Below are positions 20,230 to 30,302 of a DNA stretch of 64,000 nt, in pieces. The position numbers and the translations under genes are program-made. The notes below the pieces were generated by a model, which was not told the DNA's origin, made no database searches, and was given only the letters and a program-made list of their open reading frames with translations. Numbering within the stretch: the stretch's first letter is position 1; every line of letters begins with the position of its first letter. Source of the stretch: Candidatus Hadarchaeum sp. (GTDB lineage Archaea > Hadarchaeota > Hadarchaeia > Hadarchaeales > Hadarchaeaceae); contig NZ_JBMFOX010000001.1 in assembly GCF_049969415.1 (NCBI RefSeq), positions 50,525 through 114,524 of the forward strand, given 5' to 3'.

Positions 20230-20991
20230 CTACATAAATCTAGCTAAAAAGGAAACGCGATATTTTTTCCGCCCGTCCCTAGTCTGTCCGATGAGCTTCG
20301 CGCTTTCGGTGATGGTGATACCAAACTTCTCCTTCAGCTGGGAGGCTATCCTTCTTCCCAGATTTACGGTACTGAGGTAAAAGTCAATTCCGCCGGGCTG
20401 TTCCTTGATGTCGGCGATAAAGTTCATTGGGTCAACTTTAGCCGACTGAACAACGATTTTTTTCACCTCTTCCCGAACCGCCATTTTCATTGCTTGGGAA
20501 GGGAAATCACGCAGCTGCAAAATTGCCTCATGATGCTTGGCTCTTTTCAACCGGCAGGTGTCGCAAGTGGTGTATTCCAGGTTCAGTTTTAGGGCGAGCT
20601 CCTCAAGCTTGGTTTCCCTCTGCTGGGAGTGAACCCTGCCTGCGGCACGGATCTTCACGAGGCCAGATTCCAAAAGTGGTTCTACCTCAATCTGGACCTC
20701 CGGCACCTCAACAGGTCTTAGAAGGCGCTTCCCTGAATCGGTATAGCTAATCACGCGAATGGCATCAATTACCGCCTCCTGCACCGCTTTTTTAACCTCC
20801 CCGTAGTCCAGAGGATGCCATCTTCCCCTGAGCCGGTAGGCCCCACAATCTCTGCAGACTACCACCCCAACTTCAGCCGGCGCCTGCAGCAACGGGAGGT
20901 CTAAAAAACAGCGCTGGCACAGGCCCAGCAGCAATGGCCCGGCATCTTCCTCCAGAGCACCGCATTTGTAACAAAATCTCTTCATAGACAC
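20230..20991 (-). CDS. nmd3: NMD3-family ribosome biogenesis protein (short form)
   Basis: Four CxxC pairs (CYKC, CQRC, CRDC, CDTC), EAILQLR, GGIDFY and GKKYRV-like C-terminus. Confidence 0.85.
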   Translation of the reverse strand: MSMKRFCYKCGALEEDAGPLLLGLCQRCFLDLPLLQAPAEVGVVVCRDCGAYRLRGRWHPLDYGEVKKAVQEAVIDAIRVISYTDSGKRLLRPVEVPEVQIEVEPLLESGLVKIRAAGRVHSQQRETKLEELALKLNLEYTTCDTCRLKRAKHHEAILQLRDFPSQAMKMAVREEVKKIVVQSAKVDPMNFIADIKEQPGGIDFYLSTVNLGRRIASQLKEKFGITITESAKLIGQTRDGRKKYRVSFLARFM

Positions 20992-21087
20992 CGATTCAAC
21001 TCTGTGTCCTCAAACATTAAACGCTGCCTCAGCGGCTAAAAACGATAAATTATTAAATTTACAAAATCAAGTTCCCGCGGTGTTGGT

Positions 21088-22947
21088 TTGCAGCTACTGC
21101 TAATCCACGCAGACTACCTTAAGTTCGAGGTGAAACAGCCGACGCCTGCTGCCGAGGAGATCAGGCCCGAACAGCGCTCGGGAGAAATTAAAGACGTGCT
21201 TGTCGTCTTCTCGGCCGCAGAGGAAGCCGATGAGGCCCACGTCGAGCAGGTGGCTAAAAAAGCTGCGGAGGAGGTCTTTAACATTGCCCAAAAGGTTGAA
21301 GCCCAGCGGGTCGCCATTTATCCCTACGCCCACCTGAGCTCCTCCCTCGCCTCGCCAAAGCTGGCCATCCGTTTGCTTGATGCCACTGCCGAGCAACTCC
21401 GGAGCCGCGGGCTCGAGGTCCACCGCCTGCCCTTCGGCTGGTACAAGGCATTTACCCTCAGCTGCAAGGGGCACCCGCTGTCGGAACTATCGCGAACCAT
21501 CACCGCTGAAGTCCAGGAAGTCGCAGAAGCCGCTGCCGAAGAGGCAAAAAGCAAATGGTTGGTCCTGACACCGGAGGGCAAGGAGTACCCGTTAAACCTT
21601 TCCGAAATAGAAGCCTGCCCGCCGCTGACGAACAGCCCGTTGCTCAAACAGTACCTGGTAAGCGAAGAGCTGGGGCAAAAGCCAGGAGGCGAACCCGCGC
21701 ATATCAAGCTAATGCGGCGGCTGGAACTCGTAGACTACGAGCCAGCCAGCGACACCGGCCACTTTCGCTTCTACCCCAACGGTGCCTTGGTAAAGGGGCT
21801 GCTGGAGGACTTCGCCGCACAGATCGCGGCTGAAATCGGTGCCGTCAGGATTGAGACCCCGGTGCTCTACCGGGCAGACGAGCCGGATATAGCTGAACAG
21901 GCGGCCAAGTTCTTGCAGAAGGACTACAAAATCAAGCTGCCCAACCGGACCTTAATACTGAGGTTCTCCGGAGACTTCGGACTTTTCCGGATGATGAAAA
22001 CCACACTGATGACCTACAAACAGATGCCGGTGCGGATCTTCGAGCTCTCTCCCTCCTACCGACTGGAACAGAGTGGAGAGACCGTGGGGCTGAAGCGGCT
22101 CAGGGCCTTCACCATGCCCGACATCCACTGCTTCTGTCTCGACCTGAAACAAGGTCTGGAGGAGTACGAACGCCTCTTTGAAATTTATGTTAAGATGGTC
22201 AGATCAATCGGGATTGAGTACGCGGTCATCTTTCGTGTGGTCGAGGATTTCTATCACCAGAACCGAAAGTTCATCGCCCGTCTGCTTCGGCTGGTCAGTC
22301 AGCCAGCTTTGATCGAGCTGCTCGCCGAAAGAAAGCACTACTGGGTCCTGAAGCATGAATTCCAGATGATCGACTCTGTAGGTGGGAATGCCCAGCTCTC
22401 CACCATCCAGCTCGATCTAGAGGACTCGGAGAGATATGGCATCCGCTATGTTGACGAAAAAGGGGAAAAACGGGGTTGTGTAATCCTGCATTCCTCCATC
22501 GGTTCCATCGAGAGGTGGATTTACGCGATACTTGAGGAGGCCGCCAAGGATCAAATGGCTGGAAAGGCGCCCTGCCTGCCACTCTGGCTCTCGCCCACGC
22601 AGGTGAGGCTGGTGCCGCTCGCCAGCCGCCACCTTGATTTCTGCCAAAAAATCGCCGGGGAGCTGGAAAAGCTCCAGATAAGAGCTGACATCGACGACCG
22701 GGATGAGTCCGTTTCAAAGAAGGTGAGGGACGCCGAGAGGGAGTGGGTGCCCTATGTTATCGTCATCGGCGACAAAGAGCTGGAGGCGGAGAAAATCCCG
22801 GTCAGGGCCCGCGGGCAGAAGGAACTGAAGTGGCTGGCGGTGGCGGAACTTGCAGCCGAAATCAAGCAACTGACCAAGGGGATGCCATTTAGACCACTCG
22901 CGACGAACCGGCTGCTGTCGCTGCGGCCCATCTTCTTTGGCGGATGA
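21088..22947 (+). CDS. thrS: Threonine--tRNA ligase, archaeal type with N-terminal editing domain
   Basis: LLIHAD, YPYAHLS, PFGWYKAF..SCKGHPLSE, RLRAFTMPDIH and HSSIGSIER. Confidence 0.97.
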   Translation: MQLLLIHADYLKFEVKQPTPAAEEIRPEQRSGEIKDVLVVFSAAEEADEAHVEQVAKKAAEEVFNIAQKVEAQRVAIYPYAHLSSSLASPKLAIRLLDATAEQLRSRGLEVHRLPFGWYKAFTLSCKGHPLSELSRTITAEVQEVAEAAAEEAKSKWLVLTPEGKEYPLNLSEIEACPPLTNSPLLKQYLVSEELGQKPGGEPAHIKLMRRLELVDYEPASDTGHFRFYPNGALVKGLLEDFAAQIAAEIGAVRIETPVLYRADEPDIAEQAAKFLQKDYKIKLPNRTLILRFSGDFGLFRMMKTTLMTYKQMPVRIFELSPSYRLEQSGETVGLKRLRAFTMPDIHCFCLDLKQGLEEYERLFEIYVKMVRSIGIEYAVIFRVVEDFYHQNRKFIARLLRLVSQPALIELLAERKHYWVLKHEFQMIDSVGGNAQLSTIQLDLEDSERYGIRYVDEKGEKRGCVILHSSIGSIERWIYAILEEAAKDQMAGKAPCLPLWLSPTQVRLVPLASRHLDFCQKIAGELEKLQIRADIDDRDESVSKKVRDAEREWVPYVIVIGDKELEAEKIPVRARGQKELKWLAVAELAAEIKQLTKGMPFRPLATNRLLSLRPIFFGG

Positions 22948-24134
22948 TTATGCAATCTGGGCGAGTCGCCGCCATCAGTATAATCACCTTCGGCCTCATC
23001 AGCCTTTTCGGAGATATCATCTACGAAGGCTCGAGAAGCATCATCTCGCCGTTTTTGCTTGGCTTCGGCGCCTCCGCCTTCATCGTCGGGGTCGTCTTGG
23101 GGTTGGGAGAGTTCCTCGGCTATGCTCTCAGGATTGTTTTCGGTGTCCTCTCTGACAAGACCAGATCCTACTGGACAATCTTCATAGCCGGTTACTCGCT
23201 GCTGATAGCCGTGCCGCTGCTGGCATTCGCAGGGAGCTGGCCCTTGGCGATGTTTCTAATCCTAGTAGAAAGGTTATCCAAGGCAGTGCGGTCGCCGGCC
23301 CGGGATACTGTGTTCTCCTACGCCACTAGAGGGGTGGGCAGCGGCAAGGCCTTTGGCATTCACGAACTTCTGGACCAGATTGGGGCGGTAACGGGACCGG
23401 CTATCGTCGCCGCAGTGCTCTTCACGACCGGCCAGAACTTCAACTCGGCCTTCTCCATCCTTTTCTTGCCCTACCTCCTCATGATCATCGTGGCCCTCTA
23501 CGCCTATGTCAAACTGAGGCCGCTGGTGGGGATACCGATCGCAACGAAAAAAAGAGCTGCCCTCAGGGGACTTCCTCAGGAATTTATCATCTACGCGGTG
23601 GCGGTGGCGCTGAATGCAATGGGCCTGGTTTCAATCGGGCTTATCCTCTACCGGGTTTCGCCGGAGGTCTTGCCCTGGCTCGTGGCGCTCATCTACCTGC
23701 TCGCACAAGCCGTCGATGCCGTGGCAGCACCGCTTGCCGGATATCTCTACGACCGGATGGGAAGAAAGCTGCTCTATCTTCCCTTCGCGCTTTCAGTGGC
23801 CCCTTCCACCTTAATCTTCATGCCCGGTCTTGAGTTCGTGCTGCTGGCCGCGATTTTATTCGGTGCCATCTTCGGCATGCATGAGTCCATTTACCGGGCC
23901 GCGGTGGCGGACCTCACCCCGATGGAGCTGAGGGGATCGGCCTACGGGGTCTTCCACACCTTTTACGGGTTGGGCCTTCTCATCAGCGGGGCCGTCTTCG
24001 GCTTTTTAATGGACAACGATTTGGCCCAGGTGGCGATCCTGTTTTCCGTCCTGACCCAAGCCTCAGCGATGTTCCTGCTCCGAAAAACGCTCAGGGCGTC
24101 GGCGCAGAACCAAACGACAAAAACAACTTCATGA
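22944..24134 (+). CDS. MFS transporter
   Basis: About 12 hydrophobic segments; GVLSDKT, GKAFGIHELLDQIGA and GYLYDRMGRK. Confidence 0.92.
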   Translation: MIMQSGRVAAISIITFGLISLFGDIIYEGSRSIISPFLLGFGASAFIVGVVLGLGEFLGYALRIVFGVLSDKTRSYWTIFIAGYSLLIAVPLLAFAGSWPLAMFLILVERLSKAVRSPARDTVFSYATRGVGSGKAFGIHELLDQIGAVTGPAIVAAVLFTTGQNFNSAFSILFLPYLLMIIVALYAYVKLRPLVGIPIATKKRAALRGLPQEFIIYAVAVALNAMGLVSIGLILYRVSPEVLPWLVALIYLLAQAVDAVAAPLAGYLYDRMGRKLLYLPFALSVAPSTLIFMPGLEFVLLAAILFGAIFGMHESIYRAAVADLTPMELRGSAYGVFHTFYGLGLLISGAVFGFLMDNDLAQVAILFSVLTQASAMFLLRKTLRASAQNQTTKTTS

Positions 24135-25296
24135 AATTTTTGCCCTCAATCAAACCAAGAGACCCCTTTCTAGCATCCGCCTCGGTGAACCTCAGCCCGT
24201 CGCCCTCGAGACCAGAAGCGAGTATGGTGAACGGGACCGGATCGGAGGTATGGGTTCGAACCTTGATGGGTGTGGGATGATCCGGCAGAACCGCAACGAC
24301 GATGTCTCTGCCCTTCTTGAGAATCCTTCCCACAAGCCTCCGGTCCAGGTCCTCGATGGCCTTTATCTTCTTCTCGGCGTCGCCCGCATGGCCAGCCTCG
24401 TCGGGCGCCTCAACGTGAACAAAAACCAAATCCGCACTCTTCAGGGCTTTCAGCGCGTAATCGGCTTTACCTTCATAATTGGTATCATAGTAGCCCGTCG
24501 CACCAGGAACCTTGATGATCTCCATGCCTGCCCAAGCCCCGATGCCGTTGATCACATTCACCGCCGAAATAATGGCGCCCTTCACCCCGTATTTTTTCTC
24601 AAAGGGCTCCAGATCGGGGCGTTTACCGGGGCTCCAGAGCCAGACCATGTTGGCAGGTTTCTGGCCCATTCTGACCCTCTTTAAGTTTACCGGGTGGTTG
24701 GCCAAGATGTCCCTTGAAGCCAGCATAAGCTTGTTCAACTCTCGAGAAACTTTGTCCCGAGATCTGATGAGATGCTTCGAAATCGGTTCACCGACGATGT
24801 CATGAGGTGGAGAACACCCTCCTGTTGCCTTGGCATTGCGAAGGACGAAGATGTGTCGATAGCTCACCCCCAAATGGAACTCTCCTAGACCAAGCTTTTG
24901 CAACTCGCGCAGCAGCTGCGCGGCCTCATCGGTGGTGATGCAACCTCCGGAATAATCGATAAGCCTGCCGTCCTTCTCCGTCACCAAATTGCATCGGAAG
25001 GCGACGTCGTTGGGCCCGAGGTCGAAGCCCATAGAACCGGCTACGAGGGGACCACGCCCGGTGAAGTATCTTTTCGGATCGTAACCCAAAATGGACAGGG
25101 CGGCCACCGCAGAATCCTTGGACATCCCCGGAGGAATCGTGCTGACCAGACCCACTTTGCCCTCGCTGGCCAAACGATCCAGGTTGGGTTTCTCGGCCAC
25201 CTCCAATGGCGTCCTACCGCCGAGCTCCTCCACCGGATAGTCGGCCATGCCATCTCCGACGACTATAATGAACTTTTTCTTCACCAACCGGTTCAC
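24091..25296 (-). CDS. apgM: Cofactor-independent phosphoglycerate mutase (ApgM family)
   Basis: GDGMAD, GRTPLE, TGRGPL, HVEAPDEAGH and PDHPTP...HTSDPVP. Confidence 0.92.
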   Translation of the reverse strand: MNRLVKKKFIIVVGDGMADYPVEELGGRTPLEVAEKPNLDRLASEGKVGLVSTIPPGMSKDSAVAALSILGYDPKRYFTGRGPLVAGSMGFDLGPNDVAFRCNLVTEKDGRLIDYSGGCITTDEAAQLLRELQKLGLGEFHLGVSYRHIFVLRNAKATGGCSPPHDIVGEPISKHLIRSRDKVSRELNKLMLASRDILANHPVNLKRVRMGQKPANMVWLWSPGKRPDLEPFEKKYGVKGAIISAVNVINGIGAWAGMEIIKVPGATGYYDTNYEGKADYALKALKSADLVFVHVEAPDEAGHAGDAEKKIKAIEDLDRRLVGRILKKGRDIVVAVLPDHPTPIKVRTHTSDPVPFTILASGLEGDGLRFTEADARKGSLGLIEGKNFMKLFLSFGSAPTP

Positions 25297-26147
25297 CTAA
25301 AGACCAGCAGTTCCTCCTCGTAACGTCTGCCGTCGTAATAGCTGCCCTTGGAAAGCCGCAGCAGCTTCTTTCCGGAAAGGTATTCCACCAAAAGCCGGTC
25401 AACCTCTTCCAAGGGCTGATCACCCTTTAACCAGCTAAGCGGGACGTTGACGTTGACCGGGCGCGCTGGCAGCGTGTGCCGGGTCGTTTTTGGGGGAAAA
25501 ACGGTGCCCGCCAAGGCCGTTCTGACCACCTCCTCTTTGGTCGTCCGTGGAACCAGCAGGGCGGCAGGGCACTTTCCCGAGCGGACCTGCCACTCAGCAT
25601 CATGCTCAATCTCATATCCTATGTGAAGTCCCTGTGCTTCGGCGGCGGATTCAAAGCGTTTGACCCAGCGGTAGCTCTCCAAGATGTCGGTGTTCGGCAC
25701 CCGGATCAAATAGCAGTTCCTCGCCGTGAACAGGGCGGCGGTGGCCTTTCGGGCCTCAAGCTCCTTTAAAGCCGATTCAAGCGAGGAGAGTTCGATGCCA
25801 AGCCCAAGAGACCTAAAAATTTCCAAAAGTCTCGAGTCACTCACCCAGTCCCGAATAACTCGGTACCAGCAGCCGACCTGAATCACCGGGCTGCGGTAAT
25901 CGACCAAACATGCGGGCAGATAGCGGCAACCCAGCTCCTTCAGAGCGGCAACTCGATGCATGCCGTCGAGCACTACCGAAGTATTCCGGTCAACGATGAC
26001 GGGGCTCCTCACCTCGGCGTTTTGCCTTATGTCCTGAACCAGCTGATCCAGCATCCGAGGAATTATCTCCTCGTGGATGTAGACTCCATTGACAGGACTA
26101 ACACCAATCTCGATTTCCAGACCCTGAGCCTCAATCCTGAATCCCAA
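25293..26147 (-). CDS. ParB/Srx-fold protein, SerK-like (ADP-dependent free-serine kinase family)
   Basis: HEE, LDGMHR, DY...V..WY and C-terminal TKEEV...G..FPPKTTRH motifs as in Thermococcus SerK; probable TTG start at 26147 with GGTGA RBS; stop overlaps the apgM start. Confidence 0.7.
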   Translation of the reverse strand: MGFRIEAQGLEIEIGVSPVNGVYIHEEIIPRMLDQLVQDIRQNAEVRSPVIVDRNTSVVLDGMHRVAALKELGCRYLPACLVDYRSPVIQVGCWYRVIRDWVSDSRLLEIFRSLGLGIELSSLESALKELEARKATAALFTARNCYLIRVPNTDILESYRWVKRFESAAEAQGLHIGYEIEHDAEWQVRSGKCPAALLVPRTTKEEVVRTALAGTVFPPKTTRHTLPARPVNVNVPLSWLKGDQPLEEVDRLLVEYLSGKKLLRLSKGSYYDGRRYEEELLVFR

Positions 26148-26235
26148 CTCATCACCAATAGCATAGAAGTCTCCCCTTTCAAAAAGATAATGGAAAGAAA
26201 TTGCTGCCGAAATGGCGCCTGAGATCGGCAAAATT

Positions 26236-27177
26236 TTAGTCCCTTATTCCAGCCTCAGTTATCTGGAAGGTTGCACTCTCCGGAGGCAGGCCAGGATGAT
26301 CTATCAGCTGCGCCGTTCTCATGTTGGCCTTGCTCTTCCTGAGGTAAACTCGAGCGGTGACTGCGTGGCCCAGCACGTGACCGCCAACCGGTTTTGTGGG
26401 GTCGCCGAAGAAAACGTCCGGCCGCGCCTGCACCTGGTTGGTCACGAAGACCGCCATGTCGTTGAGCTCGGCCAGTTTGTGCAGCTCCGCGATGTGGCGT
26501 CCCAACTTCTGCTGCCGCTCCGCAAGCGCCCCTCTCCCGCAATATTCGGTGCGGAAAAGTGCCGTGAGTGAATCTATCACCAGCAATCTCACACCGTCCT
26601 TCTTGGCAATTTCGGCGGCTTTCTCGGCCAAGAGCATCTGGTGATCCGTCGTGTGTGCCCGAGCCACGTAGATTCCGTCAAGTATCTTTTGAGGATCCTC
26701 GCCCAGAGCCATCGCCATCTGGGAAATTCTCTCCGGCCTGAAGGTGTTCTCAGTATCTATATAAACCGCCTTTCCACCAAGACCTCCCTGCTCCGGCGAA
26801 AGCTGCACGTTGACGCAGAGCTGGTGAGCTACCTGTGACTTCCCAGAACCAAACTCGCCGAAAAACTCCGTCACTCCCTGCGTCTCGATTCCTCCGCCAA
26901 TTATCCTGTCAAGGCACTGGCTGCCCGTGGTGACGCGGCCGAGGTGCTTTCTTCTCTCCAAAACTTCTATGGCCTTTTCGTAACCCATCTTAGACGCGTC
27001 CCGCGCCGAGTTGATTACCTTCATCGCCACCCTCAGCCCTATCTCGGCGGCCTCCATCAGGTCCCCGGCGGTTGCCACGGCGATGCTCTCAATGGAGTCG
27101 TAGCCGGCCGAGCGCAGTTTTTCCGCAATCGCGGGACCTACTCCGTCAAGTTCCTCAAGTTCAACCATCTTGGTCAC
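26236..27177 (-). CDS. radA: DNA repair and recombination protein RadA
   Basis: HhH N-terminus ([12 protein letters not shown]), [34 protein letters not shown] and GGHVLGH. Confidence 0.96.
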   Translation of the reverse strand: MTKMVELEELDGVGPAIAEKLRSAGYDSIESIAVATAGDLMEAAEIGLRVAMKVINSARDASKMGYEKAIEVLERRKHLGRVTTGSQCLDRIIGGGIETQGVTEFFGEFGSGKSQVAHQLCVNVQLSPEQGGLGGKAVYIDTENTFRPERISQMAMALGEDPQKILDGIYVARAHTTDHQMLLAEKAAEIAKKDGVRLLVIDSLTALFRTEYCGRGALAERQQKLGRHIAELHKLAELNDMAVFVTNQVQARPDVFFGDPTKPVGGHVLGHAVTARVYLRKSKANMRTAQLIDHPGLPPESATFQITEAGIRD

Positions 27178-27304
27178 CCTAGTTCAATCCCTCACCTTCC
27201 CATTCAAGCGGCTTTCGAGGAGAGGGGTCGCCGAAAGTATTGCCAAAGGACCTGGAAAAGACAAAGTTTTAGAAGGTGCTGATATCATTACCTTAGGGGC
27301 ATTC

Positions 27305-27541
27305 ATGGAAGGAGAGGCCGAATCCCAGGAAGTCGAAACCATCGCCGGCATTGAAAAGCTGCTCAACTCGGTAATCTTGATTACGGCGAAGGATGGACGA
27401 AAATTCCGCGGCAGGTTAACGAACTACGACGAACATATGAACATGGTTCTGGAGGATGCCGAGGAGCTGACGGAAAAGGGGCCGGTAAAACACCAGTTCG
27501 TCCTGCTAAAGGGTGGAAACATCTCGGAAATATCGACCTAA
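27305..27541 (+). CDS. Sm-like (Lsm/SmAP) RNA-binding protein
   Basis: Sm1 motif DGRKFRGRLTNYDEHMNMVLEDAEE; Sm2-like LLKGGNI. Confidence 0.88.
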   Translation: MEGEAESQEVETIAGIEKLLNSVILITAKDGRKFRGRLTNYDEHMNMVLEDAEELTEKGPVKHQFVLLKGGNISEIST

Positions 27542-27807
27542 ACTGCCTTGACGACCTCCATCGCCCTGAAGCTCTCTAACACCCTTTTGCCGTTATCGGT
27601 CAGCTGGTAAATGCCCTCGGTCTCCATCACCAATCCCCGAACCATCAAAGCGTTGAGGTGCGCCTTCACCGGCCACCAGTCCTCGGAACCGTAAAGCTCC
27701 TTAAGCTCCCGAAGCTTTAGGCCTCCCTTATTAGCGATGATGGTGAAAACCTTGCCAACGCCTGCCTCGTCGGCCTTCAGCCAGTTAATGTCCTCGGCAA
27801 CTCCCAT
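27538..27807 (-). CDS. Small hypothetical protein, probable winged helix
   Basis: 89 aa; LRELKEL...HLNALMVRGLV....YQLTDNGK wHTH-like; follows ABCE1. Confidence 0.65.
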   Translation of the reverse strand: MGVAEDINWLKADEAGVGKVFTIIANKGGLKLRELKELYGSEDWWPVKAHLNALMVRGLVMETEGIYQLTDNGKRVLESFRAMEVVKAV

Positions 27808-27825
27808 ACCACCACCTTAACTTTA

Positions 27826-29595
27826 TCAATGAAGATAAAAGTACTCGCCCTTGGCCCTCTGTTCTCGATCCAAGGCGCTGCCAAACTTGTTGGCCCTCGG
27901 TCTCCCGGTCTGGGGATCCCTCCGGAAGGTCACGCCAACCTCCTTCAAAAACAGGTTCATGCCCTCGCGCATCTCCATCGGGCCGTGGGTGTGCCCCTGG
28001 TTGCTGGGCTCACCGGTGAATACCAGCAGCCGATCCGAGATATAATCAATGCTGAGGACATCGTGGTCGACGACGAAAGCTGCCGCCTCCCTCCTCTCCA
28101 TGGTCCTTCTGATGCACTTGGACATGTTCAGACGCTGTTCAACATCAAGATAGGCGCTGGGCTCGTCAAGCAGGTAAAGGTCGGCCTGCCTTCCCAGACA
28201 GGCGGCTATCGAGACCCGCTGGAGTTCGCCTCCGCTCAGGCTTTTCATCTCCCTTTCCAACAACGGCTCAACTTCCAAAGGCTGCAGGATGTCGGGGCCA
28301 AACGAGGGGTCAAAGCCACCAAGTTGCTTGTGCAGCCATTCCCCCACTGTGCCCTCAAAATCCGCCTTCAGGTACTGGGGCTTATGTGAAACGGAGAGGT
28401 TTATGTCAATCTTGCCGGAGGTGGGTTTGACTTCGCCCGCCAGAATGCGGACAAAGGTGGTCTTTCCCACCGCGTTCGGCCCCACGATGCCGATCACCTC
28501 GCCCGAATAAACATCGCCCGGCGAAACCTCGAGCCGGAATCCCTTGAAGACCTTGAACATTCTAGGAAAGCTGAACAACAATTTGCCGCTTGGCCGCGCC
28601 TTCGAAAGCGGCCTCAGCTCAAATTTTATGGGCTCTCGTCTGAACATTACATTCTCCTCATGAAGATAGCCGTCGAGGAAAACATTTATCCCGACCCTGA
28701 CGCCCCGCGGTGACGAGACGACGCCGTAAACTCCGGGCCTGCCGTAGAGGACATGAACATAATCAGAAACATAGTCCAACATCGCCAAATCATGCTCCAC
28801 AACCATGACCGCCTTGCCGGCTTCGGCCAGAGACCGGATCACCATCGCCGCCTTGAGACGCTGGTAAACGTCGAGATGTGAGCTGGGCTCGTCAAAGAAA
28901 TAGATGTCGGCATCGCGTGCAGCCGCTGCCGCTATCGCCAGCCGCTGCATTTCCCCGCCGCTCAACGTCCTCAGCTCCCGGCCGAGGAAATCCTCGAGCT
29001 CCAAGGCACGAATTAGGTCCTTCATCACGTCGCGTTCGTCAATCCTCTCCAGCAGCTCCAACGGCTTTCCCTTAACGGCCTTGGGCAGATCGTCAACCGC
29101 CTGAGGTTTGTAGATCATCTTGATTTTATCGATCCTTTTGAAATGGTTCTGAAGTTCCGATCCCTTGAAGAACTCAATCACTTCATCCAGCGCCGCCGCC
29201 TCCCTGCCGAGGTTGGGCCGCAGACGCCCGGCCAGAATCTGAAGCGCCGTGGTCTTGCCCACCCCGTTCTGGCCGACCAGACCGGTGACGCTGCCGGCGC
29301 GCGGAATCGGCAGCTCAAAGAGGGCAAAGCCGTTGGGCAGGTAACGGTGGACGCAACGCCCCTCCAGCTGGCTCGGCAGGTTGATGATGTAAATCGCCTT
29401 CAGCGGGCACTTGTGCACGCAGATCCCGCAGCCGGTGCACAGCTGCTCCGATATCTCCGGCCGGCCCGTCTTTTCATCGATTACTATCGTCTCGTCGCCG
29501 GTCCTGACGCCGGGACAGTAGCGATGGCATTCCAGCGAGCACTTCTTAGGCTGACAGAAATCCTGTCTAATCACCGCCAATCTGGGCATGGCCAA
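27826..29595 (-). CDS. Ribosome recycling ATPase ABCE1 (Rli1)
   Basis: N-terminal Fe-S Cys cluster (CQPKKC...C...CP, CTGCGICVHKCP) and two ABC domains (GQNGVGKTT, GPNAVGKTT, LSGGE). Confidence 0.97.
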   Translation of the reverse strand: MAMPRLAVIRQDFCQPKKCSLECHRYCPGVRTGDETIVIDEKTGRPEISEQLCTGCGICVHKCPLKAIYIINLPSQLEGRCVHRYLPNGFALFELPIPRAGSVTGLVGQNGVGKTTALQILAGRLRPNLGREAAALDEVIEFFKGSELQNHFKRIDKIKMIYKPQAVDDLPKAVKGKPLELLERIDERDVMKDLIRALELEDFLGRELRTLSGGEMQRLAIAAAAARDADIYFFDEPSSHLDVYQRLKAAMVIRSLAEAGKAVMVVEHDLAMLDYVSDYVHVLYGRPGVYGVVSSPRGVRVGINVFLDGYLHEENVMFRREPIKFELRPLSKARPSGKLLFSFPRMFKVFKGFRLEVSPGDVYSGEVIGIVGPNAVGKTTFVRILAGEVKPTSGKIDINLSVSHKPQYLKADFEGTVGEWLHKQLGGFDPSFGPDILQPLEVEPLLEREMKSLSGGELQRVSIAACLGRQADLYLLDEPSAYLDVEQRLNMSKCIRRTMERREAAAFVVDHDVLSIDYISDRLLVFTGEPSNQGHTHGPMEMREGMNLFLKEVGVTFRRDPQTGRPRANKFGSALDREQRAKGEYFYLH

Positions 29596-29638
29596 CCCCT
29601 AATGGTATTGCACTAACTTTTAAAAGAATCACGCCTTA

Positions 29639-29926
29639 ATGAGCATTGGTGAAAAATTGCGGACGACGTACCTGCTGGGAATCATCATTTTCCTCGTCGT
29701 CGTGCTGCCGCTGGTCGGATTGATATTCGGTGTTGGATGGATCCGGCTGGCCGCTCAAATTATCCTGACAATCGTGCTGGTGGTGGTCATCGGTGCCACC
29801 GGAGTCTTCGGCTACATCTGCATCAAGGCCCAAGCGAGAAAGTGGGGTGCGGGGCTGATCTTAGTCGCCATCATCTGCCTGTTGCTCATCTTCTGGCTCT
29901 GGACGGGGAAGCCGCTTTTAATTTAA
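29639..29926 (+). CDS. Small membrane protein (about 3 TM)
   Basis: 95 aa, three hydrophobic segments; AT-rich promoter-like region upstream. Confidence 0.7.
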   Translation: MSIGEKLRTTYLLGIIIFLVVVLPLVGLIFGVGWIRLAAQIILTIVLVVVIGATGVFGYICIKAQARKWGAGLILVAIICLLLIFWLWTGKPLLI

Positions 29927-29992
29927 ATCAAATCTGCCTCGCACATTGGGCTTGTTCTCCGGCCCAACGCTGCGGTAATTAATGGCAACTGT

Positions 29993-30256
29993 TTACTCCG
30001 TCTTATTCCAAAATTCGGCGTTGAGCTGTTTGGCCCTGTCGTTGAGCTTCATCATGATGATGTCGCGCGCCTGGGTCCGCTCCAAGTCGCTTTCAAACGA
30101 TGAGCTCAGGCTCTCGAGCCTAGGCCTAGCAAAGATCTCAAATGCCAAGTTAATGTCCCGGTCGGTGAGGGGACCGTCCTTGACCTTGTCGGCGAGGAAC
30201 TCCGCCGTCTTCTGAACTATCCAGTCCAGTTCGGAGGACTCAATCATCAAATTCAC
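29993..30256 (-). CDS. Hypothetical protein
   Basis: 87-aa ORF with GGTGA-type RBS, divergent from the nitroreductase gene. Confidence 0.65.
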   Translation of the reverse strand: MNLMIESSELDWIVQKTAEFLADKVKDGPLTDRDINLAFEIFARPRLESLSSSFESDLERTQARDIIMMKLNDRAKQLNAEFWNKTE

Positions 30257-30302
30257 CCAAAGAAATTTTAACGTCTTTTTATAAAATTACTTCGGCGATT
30301 GA

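Noticed and set aside
29946-29967. Short hairpin TTGGGC...GCCCAA between convergent genes
   Set aside because: Only 6-7 bp; could be a terminator or chance, insufficient to call an ncRNA.
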